Shown piece after piece: positions 27,950 through 29,154 of a stretch of 29,154 nucleotides of DNA (position 1 is its first letter; each line of letters opens with the position of its first letter). Origin of the DNA: a virus. Lineage: Duplodnaviria; Heunggongvirae; Uroviricota; Caudoviricetes. The notes beneath the pieces were generated by a model that saw only the letters and a program-made list of their open reading frames with translations, did not search any database and had not been told where the DNA came from. Where the stretch lies: positions 1 through 29,154 of the IMG/VR virus record IMGVR_UViG_2778261301_000008. One strand, written 5' to 3'. The position numbers and the translations under genes are program-made.

Positions 27950-28214
27950 GCCCCAGCTTCTCCGCCAGTGCCAGTTCCGCCTTAGCGCCTGCTGACCGCT
28001 GCCAGCCTTTCAGCATGTAAATCGCATCCACACAACGAATCATTGCCATGCAAATATCCATGTAGTGTGGCTGTGTCAGCCCGTCCGGAAGTACTGCCGG
28101 GTTTAAGACGGTATGCCCTTCCCGTTTCAGTTCCTCTTCCACCTTGTCGAACGCCTCACGGTTGAAATTTTTATACCCGGTCATTGGACCAGCGATATAA
28201 ACCCTCACCCTCAC
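27915..28214 (-). CDS. DUF4406 / nucleoside 2-deoxyribosyltransferase-like protein
   Basis: 99-aa ORF beginning MRVRVYIAGPMTGYKNFNREAF, with the YIAGPMTG-type motif I associate with this family. Confidence 0.6.
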   Translation of the reverse strand: MRVRVYIAGPMTGYKNFNREAFDKVEEELKREGHTVLNPAVLPDGLTQPHYMDICMAMIRCVDAIYMLKGWQRSAGAKAELALAEKLGHAVIFQEATSE

Positions 28215-28639
28215 GCCATCACCTCCTGAAAATTACCCTGATAAAACGCCAGCACACGCTGCATAACCTCACTCTGACGGCACTCACGGCAAATTATGTT
28301 CTGGCTCCTGTCGTAGCGGCGTATTTCTCCGTCTGGTAACTTTCGAATCAGTGTCAGGTCGGTTCTTTTCTCCGGTGTCTTACGCCATTCGCGATACGTC
28401 TGCTCTGACGCAAAAACACCGTATTTACCGGACATGTATAAATCGCCACAAGCCAGCACATCCACAAGGCAGCGTCGGACCGAATGCCAGCCTGCCCCAG
28501 TCGCCCTCTCCAGCTGCGACATCGTCATGCGTTCATTTTTGCGTACCAACCCGATAATTCGTGCCTTCAGCTCTTCCCGCTGTTCGGGTGTATATGCTTT
28601 TGCCACAAGCCCTCCTGAAAAATAACCTTCACAATTCAT
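28211..28639 (-). CDS. Ren-like protein
   Basis: C-terminus ...ICRECRQSEVMQRVLAFYQG resembles recalled lambda Ren C-terminus (...VFKECRQSAAMKRVLAVYG); position after the P-like gene; true start may be internal. Confidence 0.5.
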   Translation of the reverse strand: MNCEGYFSGGLVAKAYTPEQREELKARIIGLVRKNERMTMSQLERATGAGWHSVRRCLVDVLACGDLYMSGKYGVFASEQTYREWRKTPEKRTDLTLIRKLPDGEIRRYDRSQNIICRECRQSEVMQRVLAFYQGNFQEVMA

Positions 28640-29154
28640 ACAAAACCAGCCGCTTTCCGGCGCTCATATTCCTGTTTCAGCAACTCAATTGGTGTTGGCC
28701 ACGACGGGCGTTCTGGTGCTGCCAGTTGCCGCCGTACGGGCGGAACGCTGAAGCCATTACCAACATGCTTTGCCCATTTCGTCAGCTGCCGTTCTGCAAG
28801 CCGTTTTAACTCCCCTTCGGTCATCTGGCGCTCAATCCCCTTTGAACGCATCTCGAGACAAATGTGATACAGCACAGGCTGAGACCACGGATATTTATCG
28901 CTCCCGTCGTATCGCCAGGACTCGTTGCGCCAGCGGCGGTACTCCTCCATCACGGCATCCACCGTCAGACTGAATGGATTGGCCCCGCTTTCCGAAATCA
29001 GCGCCACAAACTCAGCCAGGTCCGGAGGCCATGTTTCACCCGCCCGGCAGCGGTCCATGCACTGGCGGCAGACCTGCCGGATTTGCTGCTCAGTCATCGC
29101 ACCAATCTGTGCAATCCAGAGCTTCGAAGGTGCGGCCCCGTTCTTCTGGGTCCA
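28636..29154 (-). CDS. Replication protein P-like (helicase loader), C-terminal part; ORF is open to the window end
   Basis: Minus-strand frame stays open upstream of the track ATG to the window edge; the YPWSQPVLYHICLEM region resembles recalled lambda P (YPWKSNAHYWLVTNL). Confidence 0.45.
   Translation of the reverse strand, partial: WTQKNGAAPSKLWIAQIGAMTEQQIRQVCRQCMDRCRAGETWPPDLAEFVALISESGANPFSLTVDAVMEEYRRWRNESWRYDGSDKYPWSQPVLYHICLEMRSKGIERQMTEGELKRLAERQLTKWAKHVGNGFSVPPVRRQLAAPERPSWPTPIELLKQEYERRKAAGFV

Noticed and set aside
28611-28625. Disagreement between my base-by-base reading and the ORF track at a poly-A run (and again near 20466-20485)
   Set aside because: ORF-track coordinates are internally consistent (lengths are multiples of 3) while my reading is one base short at these runs, so I treat it as my own reading error rather than a real frameshift or pseudogene.

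Overview
This window is the late (lysis, packaging, head, tail) region plus part of the early-right (replication/nin) region of a mosaic lambdoid prophage of an enterobacterium (E. coli-like), almost entirely encoded on the minus strand. Reading in the direction of transcription (high to low coordinate): replication protein P-like C-terminus (runs off the window), Ren-like, a nin-type cassette of small genes (DUF4406-like, Walker-A protein, Zn-ribbon protein, acidic protein, membrane protein, HNH nuclease), a plus-strand ParD/ParE toxin-antitoxin pair, DUF968-like protein, RusA, antiterminator Q-like protein, pR'/tR', two phage tRNA genes (Thr-UGU, Gly-UCC-like), a phage-21-type lysis cassette (S21 pinholin, an inserted gene, SAR endolysin, Rz with embedded Rz1), two small coupled genes, HNH endonuclease, a low-GC plus-strand gene of unknown function next to the presumed cos region, HK97-like packaging and head genes (TerS P27-type, TerL, portal, prohead protease, major capsid protein, connector proteins), then a lambda-like tail module (V, G/GT with a programmed -1 frameshift, an AT-rich insertion with a small membrane protein, H, M, L, K, I, J) and the start of lom. 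No integrase, attachment site, CRISPR array or Shiga toxin genes are present. The most interesting candidates for undescribed function are the accessory insertions: the plus-strand gene at 18535-19050, the AT-rich insertion between GT and H, the nin-region small-gene cassette, the gene between holin and endolysin, and the repeat-flanked tRNA cassette. All identifications rest on my recollection of protein families and on reading the sequence, not on database searches. Coordinates I derived myself may be off by 1-2 nt, because my reading of homopolymer runs disagreed with the ORF track at two places.
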